Source of the DNA: Dirinaria sp. TL-2023a
Lineage: Eukaryota
Direction of reading: 5' to 3'
Assembly: GCA_051941275.1 (NCBI GenBank)
Contig: JAVEBF010000043.1
Coordinates: 1 to 41,052 of the forward strand
Length of the DNA: 41,052 bases
Shown here: piece after piece, positions 22,514 through 33,487 of the stretch
Layout of the letters: each line of letters starts with the position of its first letter
How positions within the stretch are numbered: the first letter of the stretch is position 1
Position numbers and translations under genes: made by a program
The notes under the pieces: generated by a model
Database searches by the model: none
Seen by the model: only the letters and a program-made list of their open reading frames with translations
What the model was told of the DNA's origin: nothing

Positions 22514-23959
22514 TCAACTTCTGATCCCTAATCCAATCCGCTCGTGAGAAGATTTGTCCGGCTTTGCACGCTTCATGCTTCTGGAACCCTCATCGTATGG
22601 GTCATCTGCTGAGCGCTTTTGCGTAGAGCTGCTTCTGTCATAGTATGGTTTGGTGACATGACCAACAATCTTCCCCTGCTTCAACCCAGCAGATTTTCCA
22701 TATCGATCAGAAGCACCTCTTGCATCGCGACGAAGCATATCAGCAGCTTTCTGGCTGGCCGAGGAAGCCGGCACGCTGTAGTCATCAAACGTTTCATCCT
22801 CGTTCTCGGAAGCAGAAATCGTGCTGTCACGGCTTGATCGATGTTCCTCTTCTTCCTCGTAGAGAAGCTGGCTATCAGGCACGGAGAGATGATTGCCGCG
22901 TGTTGCCGGTTCGACGGGGGTAGCGTAATTACTCTGTGATGTGAGTGGCCTCGATCTATTTGGCGTCGACGGTAGTGAAGACAATGAGTGCGCGCCACGG
23001 TTGTGATTGTGATGTAGCTTCTTTGCAGAGGGTCGGGTGGGAGTTGAGGGGACACTGTTAGCTTCTCCGCTCATCACTTCCCCTGCAATGACCAGAGCAT
23101 CAAATTTGGCATTTTGGCTTCCTACCGTATTGACAGTGTGAGGTGTTCGGGCGGTGGCAGGTGTTCGTGGTGTCCGATGTAGGGGCGTTCGGTACTCGAT
23201 TGAAGGAGTGCCAACGATGGAGATAGTGCCCGACGATCGCATCGCATTCAAATGTTCACGGTTGTGCTTGATTCGCTGCCGCAAGCGCTGGGCCTCCTCG
23301 GCAAGCTCAAAATTCTTCCCATCTAGCTTCGTTATGGCCTTCTTAGCCTTAGTGAGACGCTGCTCAAGTAGCGCGTTCTGAGTTTGCAGCTCATTGCAGC
23401 GTTTCAAAGCCAGGTCAAGGTGACGCCGGCTCGGAGACTGGGGCGATCTAGGGCTTGCCGACACTCCGCGGGCGCCTTGGCCCTCCTGGAGGACCTGCAC
23501 TTCTCGACGAGTGAGATCGTGTTCAACCTCTGCGCGCTTAGTATACTCTGCGGTTTCGATTGTCAAAAGGTGGTGCTGTAGCCTGGAGTGTGCTGCCGAC
23601 ATTCGAGCTTCGGTGAGAGCAGGGAGCAGCTCCGAGACCAGCCCTCGCAACTGCTCTTCATTCAAGTCCTGCGCAGATTCAACTGTAGGTACTTCGCCAA
23701 ACAGGCCGCTGGACTTAATTGACGGGGTCATTTTTAAGGTAGCCGGTGGTGAGGCCAGAGCGTTGTTGAGCTTGTGAGTCGATTGTGGAGCTTTTCCTAT
23801 CGATTTGCGAACTTGTGAGGATGGTGGTGGAGTCAGCTCGCTTGTCGGTTGTGATGGCGGAGATGTAAGAGTCCGCTCATCTGTAAGGGAGCTTGCCTTC
23901 GGCGCAGCGGTCGAGGGGGACTTTGGTGAAGGGGTGCGAGGGATGGAAATGGTAGACAT
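22514..23959 (-). CDS. Conserved coiled-coil / intrinsically disordered protein (~481 aa)
   Basis: Long ORF (track starts at 24061; first ATG at 23959, MSTISIP). S/T/P-rich termini, central coiled coil EARMSAAHSRLQHHLLTIE...RAEVEHDLTRREVQVL...LRQRIKHNREHLN, and motifs FDAL, SVPSTP and GAHSLSSLPSTP. Confidence 0.88.
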   Translation of the reverse strand: MSTISIPRTPSPKSPSTAAPKASSLTDERTLTSPPSQPTSELTPPPSSQVRKSIGKAPQSTHKLNNALASPPATLKMTPSIKSSGLFGEVPTVESAQDLNEEQLRGLVSELLPALTEARMSAAHSRLQHHLLTIETAEYTKRAEVEHDLTRREVQVLQEGQGARGVSASPRSPQSPSRRHLDLALKRCNELQTQNALLEQRLTKAKKAITKLDGKNFELAEEAQRLRQRIKHNREHLNAMRSSGTISIVGTPSIEYRTPLHRTPRTPATARTPHTVNTVGSQNAKFDALVIAGEVMSGEANSVPSTPTRPSAKKLHHNHNRGAHSLSSLPSTPNRSRPLTSQSNYATPVEPATRGNHLSVPDSQLLYEEEEEHRSSRDSTISASENEDETFDDYSVPASSASQKAADMLRRDARGASDRYGKSAGLKQGKIVGHVTKPYYDRSSSTQKRSADDPYDEGSRSMKRAKPDKSSHERIGLGIRS

Positions 23960-24223
23960 GTTGAAGAAGCAATTATTACTCGGCAAATTGCAAATGAGTG
24001 AATAGAGAACAACGTGAAGACGTCTCCCGCTGAATGAATTGGAGGGAGCGGAAGCAATCACAGGCCGCGCGCTTTGGCAGTGTTTGCAGGTCGATAGAAG
24101 CGCAATTGAAGCAGTAGAGTGTGCCTACCACCGTACAAGCAGCAGCAAATCTCGTCAAATTTACAGCTTCTGTGACGAGAAGACCTGCTGCAAGCCTCCA
24201 GAGTGTTTCATCTGGAGAGGTGT

Positions 24224-24241
24224 GAGGTTGAGGTTGAGGTT
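24224..24241. repeat. (GAGGTT)3 short tandem repeat in a divergent promoter
   Basis: Read directly; lies between the ATGs at 23959(-) and 24525(+). Confidence 0.6.
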
Positions 24242-24524
24242 TGAGGGGGGCTGGTAACGTATGTCAGGCTGGCTGGGACGAGCCACATGATCGCCAATGA
24301 TTTGCGCTAAGATAAGTGCGGCAGGAGGGCCGAAGGGCCGAGAATCCGCGTTACCGTGGAGCAACCACGAGAATCAACAAACTACCACAAGGGGTGAATT
24401 GGAGATACCTTACCATGGCTGAATGTCATCCGAGAGAAGGTGGAAACGATGCATGGCCCGATAATGGCTCTTTTAGGAAGAAAATAATGTGATTAAGACG
24501 TCGAGGACTCCTCAATCTCCCATT

Positions 24525-27479
24525 ATGAATCCGCCTCCGAAGCAGTCAGGCTTGCCTAGGCCGTCGGGACTACCACGCCCTTCGAGGTTACCAGTCCCTC
24601 ATTCCGTATACGAGCCACCTGTACCGAGCGTACCAGCCAAGTATCGACCGAGAGCTTTCGTTATACCTGCGCGAGAACCGCAACATGCTGCTTCCAAGTT
24701 TGAGCAACCTGCACAACAGGGGAATAATGTCCAACAGAGTCGACCGCAATTAGGAAACGCTGATAACGACGAATTGGACCGACCCTGGGTCGGAATACCC
24801 AAGGATACGGAAGAAGGCACAGAGCAATCAAACAATGTGAAGAATGCTGAGCCGCGCCGGGGGCCCAGACCGTCGCTCTCCGACCGTACAATCGAAACGC
24901 TCTCACAAATACCACCGTCCCCCTCGCCCCAAAGGCGGAAGTCGGGATTTTTCCCCGTCGAAAGTCTTCCAGGGACCCCTTCTCGACCGTCGTCGTCCAT
25001 GGGTCGACCTCGTCCAAGTACTAGTCTCAGTCACCGGCCACCGTTACCACCCATCGCACCTAGAGCTACTTCACCAACAAAACGCGCGGTATCTCCAAAC
25101 AAGACCACACCCAGCAGGCGAGCTGTGAGTTCCGGCGTTCCAAGGAGTGTCCCTCACACCAGCACAAAAGAGAAGAGCCACGTGGGCGATACGACACCAT
25201 CAAAGTCATCGCGGCCTACAAATGGAAACATTCATCAGCCAGCAGCTACAAAAAGTATAGCTAAGCCTCCCGCGCGGTCGGTGGGAGCAAGCAAAACCTA
25301 TGGGCCAAAGTCATCTAAAACTCGACCACCGGTTGCGGACGCTTTCAAGAAGCCCGCTTTTGTAAACGAGGGTTTTGACATGGATATCCAGAATCGAAGG
25401 GACATTTCTTCAATATCCACGGATTCGGGAAAGTCCACAAACTCAGAATCGTTATTATCATCTGCGTCGCAAGTGTCGTCTCGGGTATCAGCGACAACTA
25501 ATGAAGATAGGCAGCAACTGAAGTCAGCTCCGTCACCGTCGAGCAAAACCTCCTCCTCGGCAGCATTGCGAGAAGTCATCGCGAAAGCGAAAGCCGAACG
25601 TCGAAACGCTACTGAAAGTCAGAGAGGGAATACTGTCAAGCCAGAAGATGTTATCGATGATCTCTTGATAAGGCACAGCAACAAAGGTCTTCTACGAAAA
25701 AGGATCGAGATGGCGAGAACTGATGGTCGGCTCAATATAGCGGCAATGGGCTTTAGCGAGTTCCCAGAAGAGGTGTTGACCATGTACAATCTCGACACGC
25801 TCCATGCGAGCGGTCACACCTGGTACGGGAGTGTCGACGTTACCAGGCTCATTGCTGCAGATAACCGATTCCGAGCACTGGATAACAAGGTCTTTCCAGA
25901 TCAATCAGCCGAAGAATTAGCTAGTAGGGATGACGAAACGATTGGAACTCTTTTTCGTGCTCTTGAAACTTTGGATCTACATGGCAATCGTTTGGAAGCT
26001 GTCCCAGTAGGGCTGCGCCAACTGAAACATTTAACGGTGTTGAACCTTTCGAGGAACCGGTTAACCAGTAAGAGTATTGAGACGATTGCCCAGATTGAAT
26101 GTCTTACAGAACTTCGTATGGCTGAGAATGACCTCCGGGGGGCTCTTCCACAAGCTGTTTTCAAGTTGGAGTATCTTGAACTACTTGACATCCACGGAAA
26201 CGCAGTTTCAGAAATATCTGAAGAAATATGGGATCTTGCCAACCTAAGAATTCTAGATGTGGCGGGGAATCAGCTCAACTCACTCTGCATTAATTCCCTT
26301 AGCACTCTGCCACTCACAGAACTCAGTGCTGCCCAGAATAAGCTATCAGGCACACTACTGCCTCCGGGCTTTGATGGGTTTCGCTCACTGAAAGATTTGG
26401 ATATTTCTGGCAACGTATTGACATGTGTCGCTCATGACACAGTCAACATGCCAGTGCTTCAGACTTTGAACGTCAGCGCGAACAGGCTTACAGAGCTGCC
26501 TAACATGGCGGGATGGACCGAGCTCACAACTTTGAGCACCGCCAACAACAACATCAGCGCTATACCCGAAGGTCTAACTTCTCTACCCAAGCTCAGAAAT
26601 ATCGATTTCACTAGCAATAACCTCAAGAAACTCGACGACCAGCTCGGAACGATAGAAAGCCTAACGTCTCTCAGCTTCAGCAACAATCCACTCCGAGATC
26701 GCCGTTTCTTGACAATGAGCACCGACCACTTGAAACAAGAACTGCGGAATCGGCTTTTGCCCGCCGAACCTCATGATACCCCAAACAATGCTCACACCAC
26801 TGCAGATATCGTATCCCAGCAAATACTGGAAGCTCCATCGACCTGGCCCATCAAACCGGGCGGCATCCTCGACCGCGCATCCACCTCTCTGCAAGATATC
26901 GACCCAGCACAGCTCCAGCCCCTCCTCGACACTCCCATCAAATCTCTCATCCTCAACCACAACCTCCTATCGAGCATCTCACCAACCATGTCCCTCCTCG
27001 CCTCGACTCTAACCTCACTAGACCTTTCCCACAACAAACTAAGCGGATCCTCTTACCTCTCCGAACCCCTTCCCCTCCCAGTGCTCCGCGACCTCAATCT
27101 CGCGTCCAACACGATCTCCTCCCTCACCCCACTCCTAACCCACCTCTCCGCACCCGCGATCCAGTCCCTCAACATCAGTTACAACCGCATCGCCGCGCTC
27201 CCGGCCTTGCGGAATCATTACCCCTCACTCACAACAATCCTGGCATCCGACAACCACATCGCCGAGATCCAGGTCGAGACCGCCAGGGGCCTGCACGTGC
27301 TCGATGTGAGCCGCAATGATATCGCGCATCTGGAGCCGCGGCTGGGGTTGCTGGAAGCGGAAGGATTGAGGATGTTCGGCGTCGAAGGGAACAGGTTCCG
27401 CGTGCCGAGGCGGGAAGTGGTGGAGAAAGGGAGCGGGGCTGTGCTGGCGTGGTTGAGGGGCCGGATCGCGGAGTCTTAA
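24525..27479 (+). CDS. Leucine-rich repeat protein (LRRC40-like) with disordered Pro/Ser-rich N-terminus, ~984 aa
   Basis: Single ORF (track start 24489; first ATG 24525). N-terminal SGLPRP repeats and RPSLSDRTIETLSQIPPSPS, then ARTDGRLNIAAMG and many LxxLxLxxNxL repeats, ending GNRFRVPR..VVEKGSGAVLAWLRGRI. Confidence 0.93.
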   Translation: MNPPPKQSGLPRPSGLPRPSRLPVPHSVYEPPVPSVPAKYRPRAFVIPAREPQHAASKFEQPAQQGNNVQQSRPQLGNADNDELDRPWVGIPKDTEEGTEQSNNVKNAEPRRGPRPSLSDRTIETLSQIPPSPSPQRRKSGFFPVESLPGTPSRPSSSMGRPRPSTSLSHRPPLPPIAPRATSPTKRAVSPNKTTPSRRAVSSGVPRSVPHTSTKEKSHVGDTTPSKSSRPTNGNIHQPAATKSIAKPPARSVGASKTYGPKSSKTRPPVADAFKKPAFVNEGFDMDIQNRRDISSISTDSGKSTNSESLLSSASQVSSRVSATTNEDRQQLKSAPSPSSKTSSSAALREVIAKAKAERRNATESQRGNTVKPEDVIDDLLIRHSNKGLLRKRIEMARTDGRLNIAAMGFSEFPEEVLTMYNLDTLHASGHTWYGSVDVTRLIAADNRFRALDNKVFPDQSAEELASRDDETIGTLFRALETLDLHGNRLEAVPVGLRQLKHLTVLNLSRNRLTSKSIETIAQIECLTELRMAENDLRGALPQAVFKLEYLELLDIHGNAVSEISEEIWDLANLRILDVAGNQLNSLCINSLSTLPLTELSAAQNKLSGTLLPPGFDGFRSLKDLDISGNVLTCVAHDTVNMPVLQTLNVSANRLTELPNMAGWTELTTLSTANNNISAIPEGLTSLPKLRNIDFTSNNLKKLDDQLGTIESLTSLSFSNNPLRDRRFLTMSTDHLKQELRNRLLPAEPHDTPNNAHTTADIVSQQILEAPSTWPIKPGGILDRASTSLQDIDPAQLQPLLDTPIKSLILNHNLLSSISPTMSLLASTLTSLDLSHNKLSGSSYLSEPLPLPVLRDLNLASNTISSLTPLLTHLSAPAIQSLNISYNRIAALPALRNHYPSLTTILASDNHIAEIQVETARGLHVLDVSRNDIAHLEPRLGLLEAEGLRMFGVEGNRFRVPRREVVEKGSGAVLAWLRGRIAES

Positions 27480-27513
27480 ATACTTTGCTTTTCTCCCTCA
27501 ATGTATGATTGAA

Positions 27514-27530
27514 TACACATACATACATAC
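27514..27530. repeat. (TACA)n-type microsatellite in 3' flank of LRR gene
   Basis: tacacatacatacatac read directly. Confidence 0.6.
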
Positions 27531-29169
27531 CCCTTATGCATGGCGCTCGCTCGGCGGGCGGGTTGGGCAGCGGCTTATCAGTTCCATCGCATGGAGCTTT
27601 CCCAAAAGAAAAAAAGATTTTTTTGGCTTAGCAGCGACGCATTGATATCCACAGGCTATAACACATAAATGAGTACCCCCTTCTCAGCCGGTAAACTCTT
27701 CAGTCATGACGTAGCTAGGAGATCCAGCGTTCCAGTCACAATAACCCCTGCTCTAAAATTTACAGGCTGTTTCCTATTGAGAGAGAGAGAGAGCCAAAAT
27801 TGGCGGACACGGCGCGTGGACAGGAACCTGAAGATTTTTTGGCGGGTTTCTGGGGTTTGGTATGGTTAGAGACTTAGAGATAAATAATGCGAGAGGGCGA
27901 GCAGAGGGCAATAAGATACATGTACCAAGATGCAGATTTTTTTCAAGGGGTTTCTGTTGGGGGTGTATACCTCTATTCCGAAAGATGCGAAATGACTGAT
28001 GAACCATTTCACGCATTCACGAGGTGCTTATTCTGGAAACTTGGGAATCATGCTGGCCACGCACTCGAGTACCATAAAGATGGGGGGAGGAAAGAAAAGA
28101 GTTGTGTGAATTATTACTTTTGAATGATTCCCTGCATATATCTAACAACCAAAAAAAGGAATTTAGAGACGGTGTATGAGGCCGATCCGCTCGAAGCAAG
28201 TAAGCTGCTGACACAGATTATCTGGAGAAGTTTTAGTCGGGCTGGAAACGGTTCTGAATTTCTAAAAATATAAGGTAGGCTTGAAACTATTTTTGGGGGT
28301 AGGGTTGGAAAGAGGGGAGGCAAGGGAGACTGGGAGAGGCGGCAGAATTGGGTACGAGTACGAGTACCTATGCTTTCGCTGTATACAAAGGTTTCGTGGA
28401 AGGCTACGTGCTTTATGTTTGATTATAGAGTGTAGGTGCCTTGGCAGAATATGCATGTGATGGTGTGAAGGTATGGGATTAAGATTAACTACCAAAACAT
28501 TAAAAGATGGAAGAGGGAGCGCCTGTATTATACGCCGTTTGTACTACTGAGTCTTCGTACTTCGAAGGAAAGATAGACTTGTTTTTAATAGTGCGGGCTC
28601 AATTTTACAATGGAGATCATGGTGAATTTGAGGTTTAGGGTATATAGAGATAGCGGAAGGGGTAGTACGGATAGAAGCTTTCAAGATTGAAAATTAGGCG
28701 TTTGTAGATTCATTTTTGGGGAGGTTTTCGGAGTTGTAAAGATTATAACAGGCGGTAGCAGTGGAGACGAAATGTCATTAGAGGTTGTTGAAACGAAGAA
28801 GTAAGTCAGCAGAAATATCACTGATATTTTATTAGAATCAGAATGCTTTGATGAGGTATTCTTGAAGTTTACTAGGAAGGAAAAGGCAAACTTGATCAGA
28901 GGTTTTTTCTTGGCTGCTTAGTTTGGGAGAATCTGTCTGTTGTGTGTGAATTGTGAAAATAGGTTCTCGTTCGCGGAAGGAGGCTTTGAAAGAGCGGCAG
29001 GCTGCCAACAGCCAAAGTACAGATGATGACTTGGTCAAACTGCTCTCTAGATCTGCTTCTTTTCCACACTCAACCATGCTCTAATCGTTCGACCCAGGTG
29101 CTCGGCCGAGCAGAAGTACTCAACGACCTCTAAAAGGATTCATAAAACCTAGTGCCTTCGAGGCCATAA

Positions 29170-30546
29170 TCAACATTCAGATTGACTCTCACAAACAAAT
29201 CTACCGATTTCCAACTTACCGTTTTCATCATGTGCGTTTTCAACTGTAAAGCCCCGCTCTACGTCAACCCTTGTTGTCTTCAGAATATCGTTACCAGATA
29301 CACCTGCATCTCTGTCCTTCACGCCGGAAACACTGGGCCGAATGGTCGTCTCCGAATTTCTCCCGGTTCGAATCTGCGGGTCATCGGTTAGGGGAATATG
29401 AGTATGTGAGCTTCTCCTTGACGTGTTCAGCTTTTGGAGAAGCCATTTGTAGCCAGGTCGAAGAGCGGGAATGCAGGCAGCGATTATTCCAATATGTACC
29501 TCGAAGCTGTAATTCACGAATTAGACGATTTGTACATGAATAAGGTCTTGCCATACGCTCTCCAGATCCAGTTCACCAAGCCGCCATCTGTTATTAAGAG
29601 TCAGCCATGATCCGACTTCATGAATAGGCAGGCCGTACATGACACATCGTCAGGGACTGCCTCATAATTGAGTACAGTTCGTACTATGCAACAGGCGCCG
29701 GTACTATCCACAGTTAAGCGGAGGATCGTCCATGAGCCACGTGTGCCACCCTACATAACACCTAAGCCCATCAAACAGCAAAGCCCAACCTTGGTTTTCC
29801 ATTTTATTTGAACATTCCACAGGAGTAGGATCGGGTAAGCGGCGAATGAGAAATCAGAAACAACAGATATAACTGCGAAGGACGTCCGGCATCAGCAAAA
29901 TTTCGCATCAAAATTATCATCAGGAAGAGTGAAACGTTTCAAGCTTACTAGCTTGAGCAAAGATAATGCTCTCTTTTTGGCCTTTGGAAAAGCATCTACC
30001 GTTGAGACTGCTATCCCATGCTTTCGCCACCGGTTGGCATTGTACAATCCACAGAATAGTCAGGATCACATTGGACACGATCAAGAATACCAGCGCAGCT
30101 TGAAGCGGTCGAATAAGATATTTGCTGAATGGGATGCGTAGGAGAAAGAGGCAGATCGAGACTTTGGTCCACATAAGGGTGGCGAATGTCTGTATCCACT
30201 CGCCGTAGGTGTACTTTTGGAACTCCTGAAGCTGATGTGCCGTGAGATAGTACTTGCGCCTTCCAAAGCCGTAGTGAACTTCCACAAAATCCAAGGCCAT
30301 GCCTATCATTGTACCGCACTGGACTAGGATCAGTAGCCACAAGTAACTTCTGCTCGATACTCCTACGATAGCCATCATCATTGCATAATCATCCCAGCCC
30401 AAGCCTCTCACGATCCATGCTCGAGTAGCAAATCGCAGAAAAGCCACAGAAGCAGATATGGTCGTAGGCACTATGGTTAGGATGAGGATGCCTTTCGTGA
30501 AATTGGTGTTATTGCCGGCCGACGGTGGTGCCGAGGGGGTATCCAT
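29170..30546 (-). CDS. PTH11-like integral membrane protein (fungal rhodopsin-like domain, no CFEM), ~366 aa; exons 30546-30367, 30318-29949, 29872-29755, 29703-29639, 29587-29557, 29506-29170
   Basis: LRFATR..IVRGLGWDDY, YGFGR, TKVSICLFLLRI, QCQPVAKAWD...GRC, SDFSFAAYPILLLWNVQI..KTKVGL..LMGLG, IVRT, W..FEVHIGIIAACIPALRP. Five introns with consistent phases. Confidence 0.93.
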
Positions 30547-31306
30547 ATCAGCAGAGACTCGTTGAATTAGGCAAGAGAAACGGCTTAGCAACAAAATTGA
30601 TATTGCGGCTCTCTTCCACAGGGATCTCTTTCAACATGGAGCAGAAAGGCGCTTCACCAGATGAAGGATAAATCTCTTTGAGTTGAGGTGGTCTATACAT
30701 AATGCCCACCTTCCCTTCAACTTCCGGCAGCCTCGCTGCATTCCGGGAACAGTACTGCTGCATTGTAGAGAAGTTTCATGATGGCATTCCACCGGCAGCT
30801 GTACGGCACGACTGTTATCCACAGCATTCATTGGACGACGCTCTCTGCCCCACACACCATCAATAGGAGCCGTAGCCTGACGCCTGGTACTCCATTGATG
30901 GCCTGATCGCTTGGGCCGGGGCCAATTTCCAAAGTGATGAACAGTGAATGCGTACTCGAGTGAAATTCTTTGCAATTCCATGACGCCTGAAACGACAGCG
31001 AAATACGCGAAATCAATGCCAGCTAGCTGATAGGTGTATGAAGATGTTGCGGTTAGACCTGCACTGTAGATAGAGGTAGAGGACGCTTGGACGAATGTAC
31101 ATTCTCAGAGGCTCGACACGAGAATAGTGGGTTGATGGCCTAAGTCCCAACCGCTCCCGCTTGCAGCAGCGATCTTACTCTTACTCACCTTTGTTGTACA
31201 GTACATGAGAATAAGCGCCTGGAGGTCTTATGCGAGCAAATAGGGATTTCGACAGCTTTCCCCCCGAATGCATATGTGTATCATTAAGGTACTTTGTCCG
31301 AAGCTA

Positions 31307-31544
31307 CAAGAAAGTAGGCAGCTACTAGGCCAAAACGGGACAAAGTGATCTCCCGTCCACGCCCATTTTGTGCAGCAGCAGCTCTCTTTGTGATATCCGC
31401 GTCTCCACTCAAGCTTGAGCAGGCACTAGGTGCTATCGAGGAGGAGGAAGAGGTAGAGGAAGAGGAAGAATGATTTGTTGAATAAGGGTTTGATCGTGGA
31501 CGGCGATTTGCCGTGCTTTGGTCTAGTGGTTGCCTGCTTTCTTG
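31307..31544. repeat. Imperfect inverted repeat (arms 31307-31361 and 31495-31544) around a purine-rich spacer
   Basis: Left CAAGAAAGtAGGCAgCtACTAGgCCAAA...CCGTCCACG versus reverse complement of right CAAGAAAGcAGGCAaCcACTAGaCCAAA...CCGTCCACG: 24/28 identity in the outer stem plus a perfect 9-bp inner stem. Confidence 0.85.
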
Positions 31545-31979
31545 CCCCTTGCAAGGCAACCGAACCCCTCAAATTCGATCTCCATCTTCGCATGATGGCG
31601 AAGCATTCTTCTACCAATCGGGTCATCATGATTCACCAGCAAGCTGTGATGCTCTGGCTGAGATTCTTATCGTACATACACCGCGTCATGCTGCGTCTGC
31701 CGGATACGAGAGTAGGTACTTTTGCGTCCTTGCCTTACTTATGCGTCGTTTCGTGAATGCAGAGATGAGCATTGTTAGTGCAGGTCCTCCGGCCACCGTA
31801 GACACCGGAAAATACCCACAAGCTGCTACGGAAACAGGATCCTCGTTGGCGCTAGTGTCCAGATCTACAAGCAATTATGGTTGTAGAATCCATTGGGCCT
31901 CGCACTGGGAAGTTCGGAAAGGTTCAAGTAAGCTCGTGGTTCCTCTGACAGTCCTCACCTCAAGAGAAAAACGATTCCA

Positions 31980-33257
31980 ATGGCGGACGATACAGCCACA
32001 AGTGATGGAAAGATCTCACACCATGCTCCACACGACGAGCTTCCGAACTTTCTCGCTTTGGATCAAGCCGTCCTTGAAAGTGATCGCCGCCAAGCAAACA
32101 CTGCTGGGAAACTTTGCTGACGCTCACAGTCTTAGGGAAAGACCTAAAAATATGTTCGGTCAACTGGCTGAAACCGTCTATGTGGTCCACCTTTGCACGT
32201 ATTGCTATCGAGAGCTCAAGCGGGACGCAAAAGCAATACTTTCTGAAGGTAGGTAATCCGCGAGAGGGACGAGTTCTTTCCTCACCTCGATTTTGAACTG
32301 AGACATTCCCTAGTGCGCGACTGGTGATGCCGGGAAAACTATGCTGGAAGGCGAGTTTCATAGCATGTTCGAGATATACAAAGCCGTGCCTTCACTAGTG
32401 CCTCGTCCTTATGGATATGGTCGGTTTTGGCAAGACAACGCCATTACTTATTTTCTCCTGAGCGACTTCATAGAGATGAGCGAGGGACTTCCAGACCATG
32501 TTGAACTCAGCAAGTGTGTTGCCAGCCTTCACTGCAGAAGCCAGTCTCCAACTGGGAAATTCGGGTTTTTTACAACAACGTGCCACGGTAAAATTTGTCA
32601 GCAGGTAGCCTGGGACAGTAACTGGACATCATTCTATACGAAACTCTTAGGTGATGCACTTCAGAAAGATCTCGAAACCAACGGACGCTGGCCAGTACTT
32701 GAGGAAGTCTCCTCCAGGACTTTGTACAAAGTGATCCCGCGTCTTATCGGAGCGCTGGAGTCAGGCGGACGTTCCGTGAGGCCTGCTTTAATCCATGCAG
32801 ATTTGTGGGAAGGTAATATTGCCACCGAGAAAGGGACCGGTAAGATTTTCCTCATAGACGCTGGTGCGTACTATGCTCACAGCGAGATGGAAATCGGTAT
32901 GTGGCGATGCCAACGGCACGCGATACGGGATGAGAAATTCAAGAACGCCTACCTGGAGCAGATGTCGAAGAGCGAGCCAACGGAGGAATGGGACGACAGA
33001 AATAGGCTGTATTGCGTGAAAATGAACGTAATACACTCGGCCCACCATAGAGGCGTGCAAGAGAGGCAGACGTATGCAAAATCCTGCATTGCGAATTTCC
33101 AAGCAAGCTTGGGACAACGGCTGACGATTCGACTAGAGCCTTCGAAGACATGTGCTACTTGGTCAACAAATATGCACCATATACTCCCCATGAGTTGGAG
33201 CAGCGTGGCTTACTCAACCAGTTCTCGCGGGCCGCAGAGGCAGCAAACTCACACTGA
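31980..33257 (+). CDS. FN3K: Fructosamine-3-kinase / protein-ribulosamine 3-kinase family, ~365 aa; exons 31980-32079, 32130-32248, 32314-33071, 33137-33257
   Basis: YFLK, MLEGEFHSM, VPRPYGYG, SPTGKFGF..TTCHG, W..FY, VIPRLIGALE, PALIHADLWEGN, DAGAYYAHSEMEIGMW, SEPTEEWDDRNRLY, DMCYLVNKY. Three introns with consistent phases. Confidence 0.94.
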
Positions 33258-33487
33258 GAAAATCTGGGTGTAAAAACACAGTTCCGCTGATAGATATCCT
33301 TGTACTCTAGTCCACAAACAATGTGGGCGAATCAACTCTCCACAGACCCCAAGAGTCGCTGAACTTTTCATTGAGCTGATACTTCTAGAGAATCGATATG
33401 GGAATGAGTGTTCTTACCCTATGCAAAAGTTGATGCTGTTCACGCCACTATTGTTCACGTAGAACAGGCTGTGAAAGTTCAGGCACT

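Noticed and set aside
22133..22517. Hydrophobic 107-aa and 92-aa minus-strand ORFs between the coiled-coil gene and RPL13
   Set aside because: They occupy the 3' UTR/promoter gap. T-rich UTR sequence gives hydrophobic translations, and there are no motifs.
27660..29080. G/A-skewed stretch with short ORFs, possible pseudogene on minus strand
   Set aside because: Multiple stops and frame changes and no identifiable family.
29099..29112. Palindrome TGCTCGGCCGAGCA downstream of the PTH11-like stop, near GTTCGA
   Set aside because: No tRNA cloverleaf around the GTTCGA, and a short palindrome alone is not evidence of a eukaryotic terminator.
31513..32256. 247-aa plus-strand ORF
   Set aside because: Non-ATG start; it overlaps FN3K exons 1-2 in a different frame and has no motifs.
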